Part shown: positions 61,001 through 64,000 of the stretch, in pieces
How positions within the stretch are numbered: the first letter of the stretch is position 1
How the letters are laid out: every line of letters begins with the position of its first letter
Assembly (NCBI GenBank): GCA_951406725.2
Contig: OX597815.1
Coordinates: forward strand, 127,410,001 to 127,474,000
DNA: 64,000 bases
Reading direction: 5' to 3'
Origin: Octopus vulgaris
Lineage: Eukaryota
Made by a program: the position numbers and the translations under genes
The notes under the pieces: model-generated
Databases searched by the model: none
The model's input: only the letters and a program-made list of their open reading frames with translations
Told to the model about the DNA's origin: nothing

Positions 61001-64000
61001 TAACTTACTTCTTCAATTTCAACTCCCGATCGATGTCCGCAGCAAGTTCTTTAAAAATTTATCTTAATATTTCTATTCGTTGTTACTACGTTTATTCATA
61101 CATTGTTACGAAAATTTAACCTTTTAAGGCTACTTTCAAGCCTTCGCCATAACTTGATTTATCTTTCTATCTCTCTCTCTACAAAATTTAACCTTAGGCG
61201 AGGCTACCTCAAGCCGTAATCCCATCTCTTCCCATCTCTTCCCATCTTTCAGCCATTGGCGGTCTTTTTTCCTCCTCTTACCATTACGATTCTACAATTT
61301 AAATTCCCAATTCAACTAACTTACTTCTTCAATTTCAACTCCCGATCGATGTCCGCAGCAAGTTCTTTAAAAATTTATCTTAATATTTCTATTCGTTGTT
61401 ACTACGTTTATTCATACATTGTTACGAAAATTTAACCTTTTAAGGCTACTTTCAAGCCTTCGCCATAACTTGATTTATCTTTCTATCTCTCTCTCTACAA
61501 AATTTAACCTTAGGCTAGGCTACCTCAAGCCGTAATCCCATCTCTTCCCATCTCTTTTCCCCATCTTTCAGCCATTGGCGGTCTTTTTTCCTCCTCTTAC
61601 CATTACGATTCTACAATTTAAATTCCCAATTCAACTAACTTACTTCTTCAATTTCAACTCCCGATCGATGTCCGCAGCAAGTTCTTTAAAAATTTATCTT
61701 AATATTTCTATTCGTTGTTACTACGTTTATTCATACATTGTTACGAAAATTTAACCTTTTAAGGCTACTTTCAAGCCTTCGCCATAACTTGATTTATCTT
61801 TCTATCTCTCTCTCTACAAAATTTAACCTTAGGCTAGGCTACCTCAAGCCGTAATCCCATCTCTTCCCATCTCTTTCCATCTTTCAGCCATTGGCGGTCT
61901 TTTTTTCCTCCTCTTACCATTACGATTCTACAATTTAAATTCCCAATTCAACTAACTTACTTCTTCAATTTCAACTCCCGATCGATGTCCGCAGCAAGTT
62001 CTTTAAAAATTTATCTTAATATTTCTATTCGTTGTTACTACGTTTATTCATACATTGTTACGAAAATTTAACCTTTTAAGGCTACTTTCAAGCCTTCGCC
62101 ATAACTTGATTTATCTTTCTATCTCTCTCTCTACAAAATTTAACCTTAGGCTGAGGCTACCTCAAGCCGTAATCCCATCTCTTCCCATCTCTTCCCATCT
62201 TTCTCTTTCCCATCTTTCAGCCATTGGCGGTCTTTTTCCTCCTCTTACCATTACGATTCTACAATTTAAATTCCCAATTCAACTAACTTACTTCTTCAAT
62301 TTCAACTCCCGATCGATGTCCGCAGCAAGTTCTTTAAAAATTTATCTTAATATTTCTATTCGTTGTTACTACGTTTATTCATACATTGTTACGAAAATTT
62401 AACCTTTTAAGGCTACTTTCAAGCCTTCGCCATAACTTGATTTATCTTTCTATCTCTCTCTCTACAAAATTTAACCTTAGGCTAGGCTACCTCAAGCCGT
62501 AATCCCATCTCTTCCCATCTCTTCCCATCTTTCAGCCATTTGGCGGTCTTTTTTTCCTCCTCTTACCATTACGATTCTACAATTTAAATTCCCAATTCAA
62601 CTAACTTACTTCTTCAATTTCAACTCCCGATCGATGTCCGCAGCAAGTTCTTTAAAAATTTATCTTAATATTTCTATTCGTTGTTACTACGTTTATTCAT
62701 ACATTGTTACGAAAATTTAACCTTTTAAGGCTACTTTCAAGCCTTCGCCATAACTTGATTTATCTTTCTATCTCTCTCTCTACAAAATTTAACCTTAGGC
62801 GAGGCTACCTCAAGCCGTAATCCCATCTCTTCCCATCTCTTTCCATCTTTCAGCCATTTTCAGCCATTGGCGGTCTTTTTCCTCCTCTTACCATTACGAT
62901 TCTACAATTTAAATTCCCAATTCAACTAACTTACTTCTTCAATTTCAACTCCCGATCGATGTCCGCAGCAAGTTCTTTAAAAATTTATCTTAATATTTCT
63001 ATTCGTTGTTACTACGTTTATTCATACATTGTTACGAAAATTTAACCTTTTAAGGCTACTTTCAAGCCTTCGCCATAACTTGATTTATCTTTCTATCTCT
63101 CTCTCTACAAAATTTAACCTTAGGCGAGGCTACCTCAAGCCGTAATCCCATCTCTTCCCATCTCTTTCCATCTTTCAGCCATTTGGCGGTCTTTTTTCCT
63201 CCTCTTACCATTACGATTCTACAATTTAAATTCCCAATTCAACTAACTTACTTCTTCAATTTCAACTCCCGACCGATGTCCGCAGCAAGTTCTTTAAAAA
63301 TTTATCTTAATATTTCTATTCGTTGTTACTACGTTTATTCATACATTGTTACGAAAATTTAACCTTTTAAGGCTACTTTCAAGCCTTCGCCATAACTTGA
63401 TTTATCTTTCTATCTCTCTCTCTACAAAATTTAACCTTAGGCGAGGCTACCTCAAGCCGTAATCCCATCTCTTCCCATCTCTTTCCATCTTTCAGCCATT
63501 TGGCGGTCTTTTTTCCTCCTCTTACCATTACGATTCTACAATTTAAATTCCCAATTCAACTAACTTACTTCTTCAATTTCAACTCCCGACCGATGTCCGC
63601 AGCAAGTTCTTTAAAAATTTATCTTAATATTTCTATTCGTTGTTACTACGTTTATTCATACATTGTTACGAAAATTTAACCTTTTAAGGCTACTTTCAAG
63701 CCTTCGCCATAACTTGATTTATCTTTCTATCTCTCTCTCTACAAAATTTAACCTTAGGCGAGGCTACCTCAAGCCGTAATCCCATCTCTTCCCATCTCTT
63801 CTCCATCTTTCAGCCATTTGGCGGTCTTTTTTCCTCCTCTTACCATTACGATTCTACAATTTAAATTCCCAATTCAACTAACTTACTTCTTCAATTTCAA
63901 CTCCCGACCGATGTCCGCAGCAAGTTCTTTAAAAATTTATCTTAATATTTCTATTCGTTGTTACTACGTTTATTCATACATTGTTACGAAAATTTAACCT
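40017..64000. repeat. Satellite array, ~317-345-bp monomer, ~74 copies, running off the window end
   Basis: Monomer starts (cttgatttatctttc) at 40017, 40337, 40681, 41021, 41341, 41662...; near-identical except for a 10-11-bp microrepeat region. Confidence 0.99.

Noticed and set aside
43937-62402. Recurring ORFs in the satellite (MLRKFNLL..., MAVFF...)
   Set aside because: They open only through unit-specific indels, mostly start at non-ATG codons and have no domain similarity; the usual monomer has frequent stops.
40017-64000. Satellite as a tandem RNA-gene or hammerhead (retrozyme) array
   Set aside because: I found no CUGANGA core on either strand of the usual monomer (only CTGAAAGA), and no tRNA, 5S, snRNA or spliced-leader signature. 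An Infernal scan would be needed to exclude other RNAs.

Overview
AT-rich, microsatellite-laden animal genomic DNA; the repeat style suggests an octopus or other cephalopod (inference). (1) 1-36330: seven small minus-strand exons splice with GT-AG boundaries into one open 890-nt frame encoding about 2.5 extracellular cadherin repeats of a CDH23/Cad87A/CDHR-like cadherin. The introns are filled with decayed TEs: a hAT-Buster element with an intact 8-bp TSD, Tc1, mariner, RTE and CR1 LINEs, a Gypsy element, an R4-like fragment, two Penelope-like remnants, SINEs and fold-back elements in (TA)n tracts. (2) A 100-N scaffold gap at 36331-36430. (3) 36431-40016: a 5'-truncated Penelope-like retroelement (RT + GIY-YIG, minus strand) interrupted by a Helentron-type insert, followed by an apparently inverted terminal segment with a hammerhead-like motif. 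(4) 40017-64000: about 74 copies of a homogeneous ~320-bp satellite. The array starts exactly at a 29-nt motif that also occurs 342 bp upstream, just before the hammerhead-like motif; this link is the most intriguing signal. All calls are from reading the sequence; no searches were run.
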